DNA of 44,643 nucleotides, from assembly GCA_039815945.1 (NCBI GenBank), contig JBCBYI010000002.1, positions 1-44,643 of the forward strand, written 5' to 3'. Shown in pieces: positions 6,439 through 14,922 of this stretch (positions are counted from its first letter, which is position 1; each line of letters begins with the position of its first letter). The notes under the pieces are model-generated. The model did not search any database. It had not been told where the DNA came from and saw only the letters and a program-made list of their open reading frames with translations. Source of the DNA: Actinomycetota bacterium. GTDB lineage: Bacteria > Actinomycetota > Acidimicrobiia > Acidimicrobiales > Aldehydirespiratoraceae. Both the position numbers and the translations under genes were made by a program.

Positions 6439-8541
6439 TCACGGATCGGGGATCACCCGGATCGACGAGTAACACATCTCGTCGACCGTGCCTTCGTTCC
6501 AGGTGACGTAGCGGGGCTCGTCGAGGAACAGCAGCGAACGATCCCACCAGCACTCGAACCGCACGACGTCGCCTCGCTCGATCCGGATCTCCTCGATCGG
6601 CTCGTAGGCGAGCTGCCACTCGAAGCTCCAGACCGGAATGTCGAGCAGGATGCGCTCGTCGGGCGTGTCGGGGTGCAGCGTCATCCGGTACGCCGCACCG
6701 AACTCGTGCATGTGGCCCAGCACCGAGAAGATCGTGCCGGTGTTGCGAGCCTGGAGATCACAGGAGCTGTGCGCGACCGTGCCGTCGAGGTCGTCGTAGT
6801 CGTCGACGGTGCCACCGCATTGGCGCAACAGCGCGCCGGGGATCTGGGCGGCGCCGGGGCCGTACTTGTCGGCGATCTCCGCGAGCACGGCGTCGCGGTC
6901 GCAGAGCGGGGCCCCGGTGGCGATCTCCTCGGGCGTACACGGCATCTCCGCCGGTGTGAGATAGGCGCTGGCCCGGATCTGGCGCATCCCGGCGGCGATC
7001 TCCTCAGGCGTCGCCTCCTGGAGGACGATCGTCGAGTTGTCGGCCGGGAACTCGTGGTCGAAGTGGTAGTGGATCTGGTTGACGATGAAGTCGCCGGGAG
7101 GCAGATAGATGCCGACGCCCTCTGGGAGGTGCGTGGCCTGCTGGCCCGGCGCCCATCCCATGATCGAGTAGACGCCGTTGGTGCCGAGGTTCGCTGCGCC
7201 GTAGCAGGTGTACCCGGGCTGGTCGTCCTGGGCCGACTTGCGGGCGACCTCGTCGCGGGCGGCGGCCGGTGCCCGGTAGACGATGGCGTGGTGGACGACA
7301 CTCTCCTCGTCGGGTTCAAAGTGCATCCCGGAGATCCAGGTGCCGTCGCCCTCGGGGTCGGGCACCTCGTAGACCTGGCAGCGGTAGTCGTCCTTGCGGG
7401 CCTCGGAACCGACGTAGGCCTCGGCGGCGTTGGTGACGATGTCGCGCCGGATCGGGTTGATCAGCTGATGGGAGCTGACGAGTGCGGTGTCGGGAGCGAC
7501 ATCGAGGCCGCCGCCATCGGCCGCCCACTGGCTGAGGGTCGCGAGCTCGTCGGCGGTCAACGACCAGTCGTTGTGGAAGGCCGGGCTCTCGTCGGAGGGC
7601 AGCCACGGCGGCATGTAGCCGGCGTTGGTGACGAGCGCGATGTCGTCGGCGATCGCCGCCGCATCGGCCGCCGTGTCGAGTGCGAGGGTGCTCCAGCCCG
7701 GGCCCCCGCTGGTGTGGCAGCCAACACAGTTGCCTTCGAGGACCGGCTGGACGAACTGGGCGAACGCGCCACCGACGATCTCGTCGTCGGGGATGTCGGT
7801 CTCCAACGAGCCGGCGCCGTCAGCGCCGAGGTCGATGCGGTCGGCGACCAGATCGAACTCGAGGGTGATCTCGTCGTCGGTGTGGGCGAGACGGGCGATG
7901 TTGATCGGGCCGACGTCGAACGCCGAGCCCAGGATCGTCGTCGTCACCGACGCCAGCAGCCGACCGTCGGTGACGGTCGCGTCGCCCTCGAAGACCACTT
8001 CGGCGGTGGTCTCCTTCACGGTGAGGTCGCCGGTGAGGGTCAGCGACGCCGTCTCGCCGTCGGTGAAGGCCGACGGCAGGCCGTTGATCGAGGTCGTGGC
8101 GAAATTGGCGAACGGGAAGTGGGTGGATTCGAGGAAGTCGTGCCGGAGCCGCTTGTCGCGCAGATTCGAATCCGAGCTGAACATCTCGACGTTGACGACG
8201 ATCTCACCGACCGTCGACGCCGACGGATCGACCGTGTCGAGCACGATGTCGCCGCCGACGACGGTGGTCGTGCCAACGGTCGTCTTCTCGGTGCCGGCGA
8301 GCCGTTCGGTGACGACGTAGCGGACCTCGCTGCCGTTGCCGGGGCTGATCCGGTAGAGCCGCTGCGTCTCGTCGTCGACCTCCTCGACTGCCACGGTTGG
8401 GGCCTCGACGTCGGTCGTTTCCGGATCGCCGTCGGCCAACAGCCAGTCCCACTGGTCCTTGGTGAAGATCAGCAGGGTCCCGACCAGGAGGACTCCGAGG
8501 ATCGCGAACTGACCGACGTGGAGTCGACGCAGGGCTGCCAT
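6439..8541 (-). CDS. Membrane-anchored fusion protein: YceI-like domain, heme-c (CXXCH) module, and PHM/DBH-type copper type II monooxygenase domain
   Basis: 700-aa ORF.
- TM anchor: FAILGVLLVGTLLIF.
- YceI-like segment: HDFLESTHFPFANFATT ... LTLTGDLTVKETTAEVVFEG.
- Heme-c module: FVQPVLEGNCVGCHTSGG ... YMPPW.
- Cu monooxygenase ligand motifs: VVHHAIVY, VNQIHYH, LGHMHEFG, TVDEMCYS. Compare PHM: HH, VLQVHYG, VHTHHLG, SSDEMCNLY. Confidence 0.85.
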   Translation of the reverse strand: MAALRRLHVGQFAILGVLLVGTLLIFTKDQWDWLLADGDPETTDVEAPTVAVEEVDDETQRLYRISPGNGSEVRYVVTERLAGTEKTTVGTTTVVGGDIVLDTVDPSASTVGEIVVNVEMFSSDSNLRDKRLRHDFLESTHFPFANFATTSINGLPSAFTDGETASLTLTGDLTVKETTAEVVFEGDATVTDGRLLASVTTTILGSAFDVGPINIARLAHTDDEITLEFDLVADRIDLGADGAGSLETDIPDDEIVGGAFAQFVQPVLEGNCVGCHTSGGPGWSTLALDTAADAAAIADDIALVTNAGYMPPWLPSDESPAFHNDWSLTADELATLSQWAADGGGLDVAPDTALVSSHQLINPIRRDIVTNAAEAYVGSEARKDDYRCQVYEVPDPEGDGTWISGMHFEPDEESVVHHAIVYRAPAAARDEVARKSAQDDQPGYTCYGAANLGTNGVYSIMGWAPGQQATHLPEGVGIYLPPGDFIVNQIHYHFDHEFPADNSTIVLQEATPEEIAAGMRQIRASAYLTPAEMPCTPEEIATGAPLCDRDAVLAEIADKYGPGAAQIPGALLRQCGGTVDDYDDLDGTVAHSSCDLQARNTGTIFSVLGHMHEFGAAYRMTLHPDTPDERILLDIPVWSFEWQLAYEPIEEIRIERGDVVRFECWWDRSLLFLDEPRYVTWNEGTVDEMCYSSIRVIPDP
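7714..7728 (-). other. CXXCH heme-c attachment motif (C272-V-G-C-H276) in the 700-aa fusion protein
   Basis: The reverse complement of gtggcagccaacaca is tgtgttggctgccac, which encodes C-V-G-C-H. Confidence 0.7.
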
Positions 8542-8587
8542 GGGTCCAGTATCGGTCAGCCGACGCGAGACGTGAAACCACCGACGC

Positions 8588-9739
8588 TCAGGGACCGGCG
8601 AGCGACTCCCGCAGGCCGAAGGCCAAGATCAGCTCGCGGAGGTCCGCGGGCCGTACCGCCAGATCGTCGAAGGCCGCCAGATCGATCGCCGCCGAGGCGG
8701 TGTCGCCGAGGAAGTTGTGCACGAACGCCCGGTACACGAGCGCCTCGGGGTGGATGGGATCGATGGCGAGGGCCCGGTCGAGGAAGGTGAGTCCGATCTC
8801 GGCGGGGGCGAGGGCGTCGGGGGTGGCCGAACGGGCGAGCAGCCACCCCTGGCCGGCGAGGGCATCGGGATCCTCCGGCACGGAGGCGAGCATCCACTCC
8901 CCCAGCTGGATGCCGGCGAAGGGCTCGCCGTCGGCGGCCAGCGCCTCTGCGGCCAGCAGCACGTCGTCGACGGTGAGATCGGTCTCGGAGAACGGCGGCG
9001 GGTCGTCGACGAGGGCGACCGGCTCGACCCGAGCGAGCGCATCGGCCCACGCGATCTCGGTCAGGCGGTCGCGCAGACCCTGCTGGACGACGAGCTGTTC
9101 GATGAAGGGCGGCGCGTCGAGCTCGTCGAACGCGTCGAGGTGGCCCTTGGCGGCTTCGACATCGCCGACGTCGAGGGCGATGGCGGTGGCGAACACGCGG
9201 GCGTCGGCGTACTCGGGATCGATCGCGACGGCGTCCTCGACGAGGGGGCGGGCCTGGCCGACCTCCCCCTGGAGGCGAAGGAACCAGCCCTTGTAGGCGA
9301 GCGCCTCGGTGTTCGACGGCGAGAGTTCGAGCACCTCGTCGTAGACGTCGATGGCGGCGTCGAGGTCGCCCTCACCGAGGAGCTGCTGCGCCTCGAGCAG
9401 CAGCTCGCGGGTCGTGACCCGGATGTCGCCGGTGATGGTGTCGTTGAGCGTGCGGCTGCCGGAGAACTGCGCGACGAGGATGCCGGCGAGGGTCGCGACG
9501 ACGGCGATCCCGGCCAGCCACAGCCAGGCCCGGCCCTGGGTCTCGACCGGCGTGATCGGCGCCGGCTTCTCGCCGGCGTCGATCGCCCGCAGCACGCGTG
9601 CAGCACGGGTCGTGTAGTCGGCCTTCAGCGACTCGTAGTCGGCGGCGTCGAGATCACCGGCCGCGTACTCGGCCTCGAGGTCGTCGAGGGACCCGAGCAG
9701 GAAGTCGCGCTCTTCGATGAGCGCGGGATCGACACTCAT
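8588..9739 (-). CDS. ccmI: CcmI-like TPR protein (putative apocytochrome c chaperone of System I)
   Basis: ATG at 9737-9739 (MSVDPALIEERDFL), overlapping the ccmH stop by 4 nt. The protein has a cytoplasmic coiled N-terminus, one TM helix (AWLWLAGIAVVATLAGILVAQF), then TPR-like repeats (AIDVYDEVLELSPSNTEALAYKGWFLRLQGE ... ). The assignment rests on its position directly after ccmH and on its architecture. Confidence 0.6.
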   Translation of the reverse strand: MSVDPALIEERDFLLGSLDDLEAEYAAGDLDAADYESLKADYTTRAARVLRAIDAGEKPAPITPVETQGRAWLWLAGIAVVATLAGILVAQFSGSRTLNDTITGDIRVTTRELLLEAQQLLGEGDLDAAIDVYDEVLELSPSNTEALAYKGWFLRLQGEVGQARPLVEDAVAIDPEYADARVFATAIALDVGDVEAAKGHLDAFDELDAPPFIEQLVVQQGLRDRLTEIAWADALARVEPVALVDDPPPFSETDLTVDDVLLAAEALAADGEPFAGIQLGEWMLASVPEDPDALAGQGWLLARSATPDALAPAEIGLTFLDRALAIDPIHPEALVYRAFVHNFLGDTASAAIDLAAFDDLAVRPADLRELILAFGLRESLAGP

Positions 9740-10194
9740 CCCCGATCGGCCAGCGCCTGTTCGACCAGTGCGTGGTCCTCGTCGGTGGCTTCCAGCTCCG
9801 CTTCGAGCTTCCAGCGCCGGAAGACGAGTCCGAGGCCGGTGACGGCGACGGCGCCACCGACGACCGGCAGGATCCACACCAGAGCGGTGACCCCCTCGGC
9901 CGACGGCGTGTAGTCGACGTCCTCACCGAAGGTGCTGACGAGCTGCTCGCGAATGAAGTCGTCGGACTGGCCCTGGTCGACCCAGACCCGGATCTCTCGC
10001 CGGATGTTGCGGGCGACCACGACATCGCTCTCGGCCACCGATTGACCCTGACAGACCGGGCAGGCGAAATCCTGCGCCAGCGAGTAGGCCCGGTCGGCAT
10101 TGCTCAGCGGAGGGCCCTCGTCGACGGTGGCGAACACGAGCATCGACAAGCCGACCGCGGCGACCAGCAACCAGGAGGCGAGGCGCCGGGTCAC
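9736..10194 (-). CDS. ccmH: Cytochrome c-type biogenesis protein CcmH (thiol-redox component)
   Basis: GTG at 10192-10194 (VTRRLASWLLVAAVGLSML), overlapping the ccmG stop by 4 nt. It has the CcmH signature FACPVCQGQSVAESD (compare LRCxxCQnQ), followed by ARNIRREIRVWVDQGQSDDFI and a C-terminal TM helix. Confidence 0.85.
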   Translation of the reverse strand: MTRRLASWLLVAAVGLSMLVFATVDEGPPLSNADRAYSLAQDFACPVCQGQSVAESDVVVARNIRREIRVWVDQGQSDDFIREQLVSTFGEDVDYTPSAEGVTALVWILPVVGGAVAVTGLGLVFRRWKLEAELEATDEDHALVEQALADRG

Positions 10195-10778
10195 GAGCCG
10201 ACCTCGGACTCCGCATCGAGCTGCGCCTGCAGGAGCAGATCCTCGATCTGGTTGTCGAGATCGGCCTTGGTGATGCCGCCGATCAGCTTCGCGGCGACCA
10301 CACCGCTCGGGGCGACGAGGTAGCTCTCGGGCACGGCGGTGACGCCGTAGTCGACGGCGATCGATCCGGTGTCCCGGGTGATGACGGGCCATTCGCCGCC
10401 GTTCTCGAGGAAGAAGTCGCGCACGTTGGCCGACGAGTCGTCGAAGGCGACCGACACCACGAGCGCGTCACCGGTCGCCGCTCGTTCCTCGGCGAACGCG
10501 ACGAGTTCGGGGTGTTCGACGATGCACGGCACACAGGTGGTCGAGAAGAAGTTCACCACCACCCACTGGCCTCGATGGTCGTCGATGTCGAACCACTGCC
10601 CGTCGAGGTCCTCGCCTTCGATCAGCGGGGCGAGCCGACCGACCGCAGTGGAGTTGGCTGCTCGCTCCGAGGCTGGCTCGCCGGTCGCGAGCAGCACGAT
10701 CAGCAAGGCGAACGCCACGGCGATCGGCAACACGATCCAGACCGCGGTGCGGCTCGAGCGAGTGGCCGCCTCGGTCAC
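10191..10778 (-). CDS. ccmG: Thiol:disulfide oxidoreductase CcmG/DsbE (TlpA/ResA-like thioredoxin fold)
   Basis: 195-aa ORF with a GTG start that overlaps the ccmF stop by 4 nt. It has an N-terminal TM anchor and the thioredoxin active site VVVNFFSTTCVPCIVEHPEL. Confidence 0.85.
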   Translation of the reverse strand: MTEAATRSSRTAVWIVLPIAVAFALLIVLLATGEPASERAANSTAVGRLAPLIEGEDLDGQWFDIDDHRGQWVVVNFFSTTCVPCIVEHPELVAFAEERAATGDALVVSVAFDDSSANVRDFFLENGGEWPVITRDTGSIAVDYGVTAVPESYLVAPSGVVAAKLIGGITKADLDNQIEDLLLQAQLDAESEVGS

Positions 10779-12805
10779 GACGGCACCTCGGCGGGCTCAG
10801 TGCTCGGTCGCTCGTCAGCCGGCGAGGCGGCGAGCACGGCATCGTCGACGGGGCCGTCGACGGGTTCGGGGATCGGCGCGGAGGTGGGGGCGATCGGATT
10901 GCGGCGGCGCCCGGGCACCACCGCGAGTGCGGTGCCCACCGCCATGACGATGCCGCCGATCCACAGCCACACGATCAGTGGCTGCACGGTCGCCCGCAAC
11001 ACGACCGCGTCGTCGGCGTCCTCGGGGAACGACAGCACCGACAGCGCGATGTCGTCCTGGAAGGTCGACCGCACGCTCGGCGTCCCGATGGTCTGCCCGG
11101 CGAAGGGGTAGGTCGCGATCGCCGGCGCGTAGACCTGGCCGCCGTCGACCCGAATGTCGGCCTTGCGCTCGACCCGGTTGTCGTACTCGACGACCCGGGA
11201 TCCTTCGTAGGTCAGCGTATGGCCGGAGATGACCGCACTCTCCCCGGGCTCGAGCGTGAACTCGCCCTGGCGGACGTAGGCGTTGCTGGCGGCGAAGGCC
11301 ACCGCGATCAGCACCACGCCGAGGTGCACGATCATGCCGCCGTTGGTGCGACCGACCAGCCCCCGCCAGCCCTGGCGGCGGGTGGCGAGCACGACCTGAC
11401 GCAGCGCCGCGCCACCGGCGAAGCCGCCGAGACCGAAGGCCAGCATCGGGGCCCAACCCCGGGCGCCCACGACCGCGGCGAACACCATCGATCCGACGCC
11501 GAGCCACGCCGGCCAGATCAGGCGGTCGGAGAGCACCTCGCCGCTCGCCTTGCGCCACGGGAGGATCGGGGCGACCGCCATCAAGAACAGCAGGGTGAAT
11601 CCGATCGGCATGGTCATCTGATCGAAGTACGGATTGCCGACCGAAATCGTGCGCCCGTCGACCGCCTCGACGATCAGCGGGAAGATCGTGCCGAGCAAGA
11701 CGACGAAGGCGAAGCCGGCGAAGAGCACGTTGTTGGCCAAGAACGCGCCCTCGCGCGAGATCGGCGAATCGATGCGACCCGGCGCCCGCAGCTCGTCGCC
11801 GCGCCACGCGATCAGGCCGAGCGACACCACGACGATCAAGGCGAAGAACGACAGGAACCACGGACCGATGCCCGACTCGACGAAGGCGTGGACCGACTGC
11901 AGCACGCCCGAACGGGTGATGAAGGTGCCGAGGATGGTCAACGCGAAGGTCGACACCACCAGCGAGAGGTTCCAGACCCGCAGCATGCCGCGACGCTCCT
12001 GGACCATCACCGAGTGGATGAAGGCGGTGCCGGTCAGCCACGGTAGGAACGAGGCGTTCTCGACCGGATCCCAGGCCCAGTAGCCACCCCAGCCGAGGGT
12101 CTCGTAGCTCCACCAGGCACCGAGCACGATGCCGAAGGTGAGATAGCCCCAGGCGAGCACAGTCCAGCGGCGGGTGGCGACCAGCCAGCCCTCGCCGACT
12201 CGACCCGTCACCAGGGCGGCGATCGCGAAGGCGAACGGCACGGTGAAGCCGACGTAGCCCAGATAGAGGATCGGCGGATGGAACGCCATCAGGATGTGGT
12301 TTTGGAGCAGCGGGTTCGGGCCGGGGCCGTCGTAGCCCGGCGGCGGGTCGAACGAGGTGAACGGCGCCGAGGGGCCGACCATCAACAAGAAGAAGAACGC
12401 ACACACGACGAACAGCGTGAGCATCACCCACTGCATCATCGGGTCGTCGCCCTCGTCGCGGAACTTCACCACGACGGCCACGACATAGCCGCACAGCACA
12501 AGGACCCACAGCAGGATCGAACCCTCGAGCGCCGACCAGAGCGTCGCGAAGTTGAACAGCGCCGGGGTCTGCGACGACCCGTGGTCGGCGACGAACTGGA
12601 CCGTGAAGTCGCGGGTGATCAGCGCCCGCTCCATGATCACGACCGACGCGACCGAGGCGAGGGCCATCAGGCCGACGAGCAGCTTGATGTCGGCGAACCA
12701 GCGCGGCCGGTAGCCGAGGATGCCGAGCAGCACGACGATGACGCCGGCCAGGGCACAGGCGGCGCCGAGCGCGACCGAGGCCGAACCGAGGGCGACGTTG
12801 CTCAC
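10775..12805 (-). CDS. ccmF: Cytochrome c heme lyase subunit CcmF
   Basis: 676-aa polytopic membrane ORF. It carries the WWD motif WGGYWAWDPVENASFLPW and has the size and topology typical of CcmF. The GTG start overlaps the ccmE stop by 4 nt. Confidence 0.95.
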   Translation of the reverse strand: MSNVALGSASVALGAACALAGVIVVLLGILGYRPRWFADIKLLVGLMALASVASVVIMERALITRDFTVQFVADHGSSQTPALFNFATLWSALEGSILLWVLVLCGYVVAVVVKFRDEGDDPMMQWVMLTLFVVCAFFFLLMVGPSAPFTSFDPPPGYDGPGPNPLLQNHILMAFHPPILYLGYVGFTVPFAFAIAALVTGRVGEGWLVATRRWTVLAWGYLTFGIVLGAWWSYETLGWGGYWAWDPVENASFLPWLTGTAFIHSVMVQERRGMLRVWNLSLVVSTFALTILGTFITRSGVLQSVHAFVESGIGPWFLSFFALIVVVSLGLIAWRGDELRAPGRIDSPISREGAFLANNVLFAGFAFVVLLGTIFPLIVEAVDGRTISVGNPYFDQMTMPIGFTLLFLMAVAPILPWRKASGEVLSDRLIWPAWLGVGSMVFAAVVGARGWAPMLAFGLGGFAGGAALRQVVLATRRQGWRGLVGRTNGGMIVHLGVVLIAVAFAASNAYVRQGEFTLEPGESAVISGHTLTYEGSRVVEYDNRVERKADIRVDGGQVYAPAIATYPFAGQTIGTPSVRSTFQDDIALSVLSFPEDADDAVVLRATVQPLIVWLWIGGIVMAVGTALAVVPGRRRNPIAPTSAPIPEPVDGPVDDAVLAASPADERPSTEPAEVPS

Positions 12806-13356
12806 GCGCAGGCCTCGGCAACGACCACTTGCTCAGCGCTCTCGGCAAGACGATCGTCGTAGCCTTCTTCGTTGATGTAGTCGTTGTCGTGCTTCACCCG
12901 CATGCGATCCGATGCGAAGTACCAGCCGTCGTCGGCCAGGCCCTCGAAGCCGTCGACGCCTGGATCGGCCTGGACCCAGGCGCCGTCGAGCACGACCGGG
13001 ACGTCGGGCTCGAACAGCTCGGCGGGATCACCGAAGTGGACGATGTCGGCCGACACGCCGCCGTGGGTGACGGAGAAGGCGACGATCGGGAGATCGTCCT
13101 GAAAGCCCGTGACGATCGAGCAGCCGATCGGCAGGCCCTGGAGGGTGAAGCGTTCGTCGCCGAGATCGTCGCGGCGCTCGACCGCTTCGTCGGCGTTGTA
13201 GAAGAACAGTGACCCGGACGCGAGATTCCACACGAGTCCGACGACGGCACCGGCCATCACCAAGGCGATGAGCGCCGGCACGACCTTGCGGCGCCGCGAC
13301 CGGGTCGGGCGGGGTTCTTGGGGGGCGAGGGAGTCGTCGACGACGGCGTCGCTCAC
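12802..13356 (-). CDS. ccmE: Heme chaperone CcmE
   Basis: GTG at 13354-13356 (VSDAVVDD), overlapping the ccmD stop by 4 nt. Membrane anchor: VVPALIALVMAGAVVGLVW. OB-fold-like core, and the canonical heme-binding H-x3-Y motif RVKHDNDY (E. coli has KHDENY). Confidence 0.85.
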   Translation of the reverse strand: MSDAVVDDSLAPQEPRPTRSRRRKVVPALIALVMAGAVVGLVWNLASGSLFFYNADEAVERRDDLGDERFTLQGLPIGCSIVTGFQDDLPIVAFSVTHGGVSADIVHFGDPAELFEPDVPVVLDGAWVQADPGVDGFEGLADDGWYFASDRMRVKHDNDYINEEGYDDRLAESAEQVVVAEACA

Positions 13357-13505
13357 GAGTCGTCCTCCGCGGTCATCCAGCGGCGACGGTCGGCCGGAAC
13401 GCGAGCGGCGAGGGCCCGGCCGCGAACCGACAGGCGAAAGGCGTAGACGCCGAGGGCGCCGAGGGTGATGCCCCAGCCGGCGAGCAGGTAGCCGAGATGG
13501 GTCAC
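13353..13505 (-). CDS. ccmD: Heme exporter small subunit CcmD
   Basis: 50 codons from the GTG at 13503-13505: VTHLGYLLAGWGITLGALGVYAFRLSVRGRALAARVPADRRRWMTAEDDS. It has a single TM helix and sits between ccmC and ccmE, overlapping both neighbours by 4 nt. The call rests on size, topology and position. Confidence 0.55.
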   Translation of the reverse strand: MTHLGYLLAGWGITLGALGVYAFRLSVRGRALAARVPADRRRWMTAEDDS

Positions 13506-14257
13506 GACGCACCTCCCGAGGTCGTGGCTTCGGCCCGACGGGCGGCGATCGCCTCGTCGAGGTCGCCGTCGCGGAGCTCGCGCTCCAGCCAGGCGATGCG
13601 GAAGCGGTGGATCATCGACCAGGTGTAGAAGACACCCCACACGACGATCCCCAGGAACATCGTGAAGAGGGTCCAGTCCTCGAGCTTGCCGTCGGTGATC
13701 GACGACTGCTGGTGGAGGGTGCGGTCGGCCCACCACTCGACCGAGCGGTTGATGATCGGGATGTTGATCGCGGCGATGATGCCGACGACGGCGGCGCGGG
13801 TCGCCACCGCGGACTCGTCGCCGCCCATCGATCGAACGGCGAGATAGCCGACCATCATCACGAAGAGGATCAGGGTGGTGACGAGGCGGACGTCGCCCCA
13901 CTCCCAGTAGGTGTTCCAGGTGGGACGACCCCAGATCGAGCCGGTGACGAGGGTGAGCCCGCAGAAGATCACGCCGATCTCGGCCGAGCTCTGCGCGACG
14001 ATGTCCCACCAGACCGAGCGCTTCCAGAGCCACATGATCGAACCGACCGCGGTGACCGAGAAGGCGACGTAGGTGAGGATCGCCGAGGGCACGTGGACGA
14101 AGATCATCCGGACGGAGTCCTGCATCAGGTCGTCCTCGGGCGCGACGAAGAAGCCGAGCAGGATCATCGCCGCCACGCCGGCGAGAACGGCGAAGCCGAG
14201 CAGGCGGGTGGTGCGGGATCCGGTGTGGGCGGGAAGATCGAGTTGGGGGTGAGTCAT
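13502..14257 (-). CDS. ccmC: Heme exporter protein CcmC
   Basis: 251-aa membrane ORF with a Trp-rich motif, GSIWGRPTWNTYWEWGDVRLVTTLILF, of the CcmC/CcmF/CcsA heme-handling family. It overlaps the ccmB stop by 4 nt. Confidence 0.92.
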   Translation of the reverse strand: MTHPQLDLPAHTGSRTTRLLGFAVLAGVAAMILLGFFVAPEDDLMQDSVRMIFVHVPSAILTYVAFSVTAVGSIMWLWKRSVWWDIVAQSSAEIGVIFCGLTLVTGSIWGRPTWNTYWEWGDVRLVTTLILFVMMVGYLAVRSMGGDESAVATRAAVVGIIAAINIPIINRSVEWWADRTLHQQSSITDGKLEDWTLFTMFLGIVVWGVFYTWSMIHRFRIAWLERELRDGDLDEAIAARRAEATTSGGAS

Positions 14258-14922
14258 GTCTCCTCCAGGAGCACGCCGTAGGACAATGCTCCCAGGACCA
14301 CGTTGATGACGCCGAACCCGGCGAGCAGACCGAGCCAGGACCAGCCGTCGACGGCCACCGATCCGAGGGCGTCGTCGAACGCCCGAGTCGCACCGATGAG
14401 CACCGGGGCCAGAACCGGGAGCAGCAAGATCGGCAGGACCGTCTCACGGGCTCTCACTCCGGCCACGAGCGCTCCGAGCAGGGTACCGGCCCCCGCGATA
14501 CCAACGGTGGCGACCAGGCAGGTCGCGAGCACGAGCGCCCAGGCCTCGACGTCGGCGCCGTAGAGGACGACCACGCCGGCCACCAACACGACCTCGACGG
14601 CGAGCAACTGCACTGCCACCGCGAGGGTCTTGCCGAGAAACACCGCCGCGGGCTCGATGCCGGCGAGCAGCAGGGCGCGGCGGGCGCCGTCGGTGGTCTC
14701 GATCGAGGTCGAACGCTGGACGGCGAGGGTCGACACGAACATCACGGTGATCCAGAACAGGCCCGAGGTCGCCTGCAACAGCACGGGGCGGTTGGCGTCG
14801 AGCGCGAACCCGAAGAGGACGAGCACCAGACCGGCGAACGGCACGACCTGGCTGAAGGTGACACGCGAGCGCCACTCGATGCGCAGGTCCTTGCGGGCGA
14901 CGAGCCACGCATCACGCAGCAT
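14254..14922 (-). CDS. ccmB: Heme exporter permease CcmB
   Basis: 222-aa ORF with six predicted hydrophobic segments. The N-terminus, MLRDAWLVARKDLRIEWRSR, is typical of CcmB. It overlaps ccmA by 11 nt. Confidence 0.88.
   Translation of the reverse strand: MLRDAWLVARKDLRIEWRSRVTFSQVVPFAGLVLVLFGFALDANRPVLLQATSGLFWITVMFVSTLAVQRSTSIETTDGARRALLLAGIEPAAVFLGKTLAVAVQLLAVEVVLVAGVVVLYGADVEAWALVLATCLVATVGIAGAGTLLGALVAGVRARETVLPILLLPVLAPVLIGATRAFDDALGSVAVDGWSWLGLLAGFGVINVVLGALSYGVLLEET

Noticed and set aside
6673-8790. A 705-aa plus-strand ORF antisense to the YceI-cytochrome-monooxygenase gene.
   Set aside because: It has no recognisable motifs and an Arg/Gly/Val/Asp-rich shadow composition. The minus-strand frame carries several independent family signatures.
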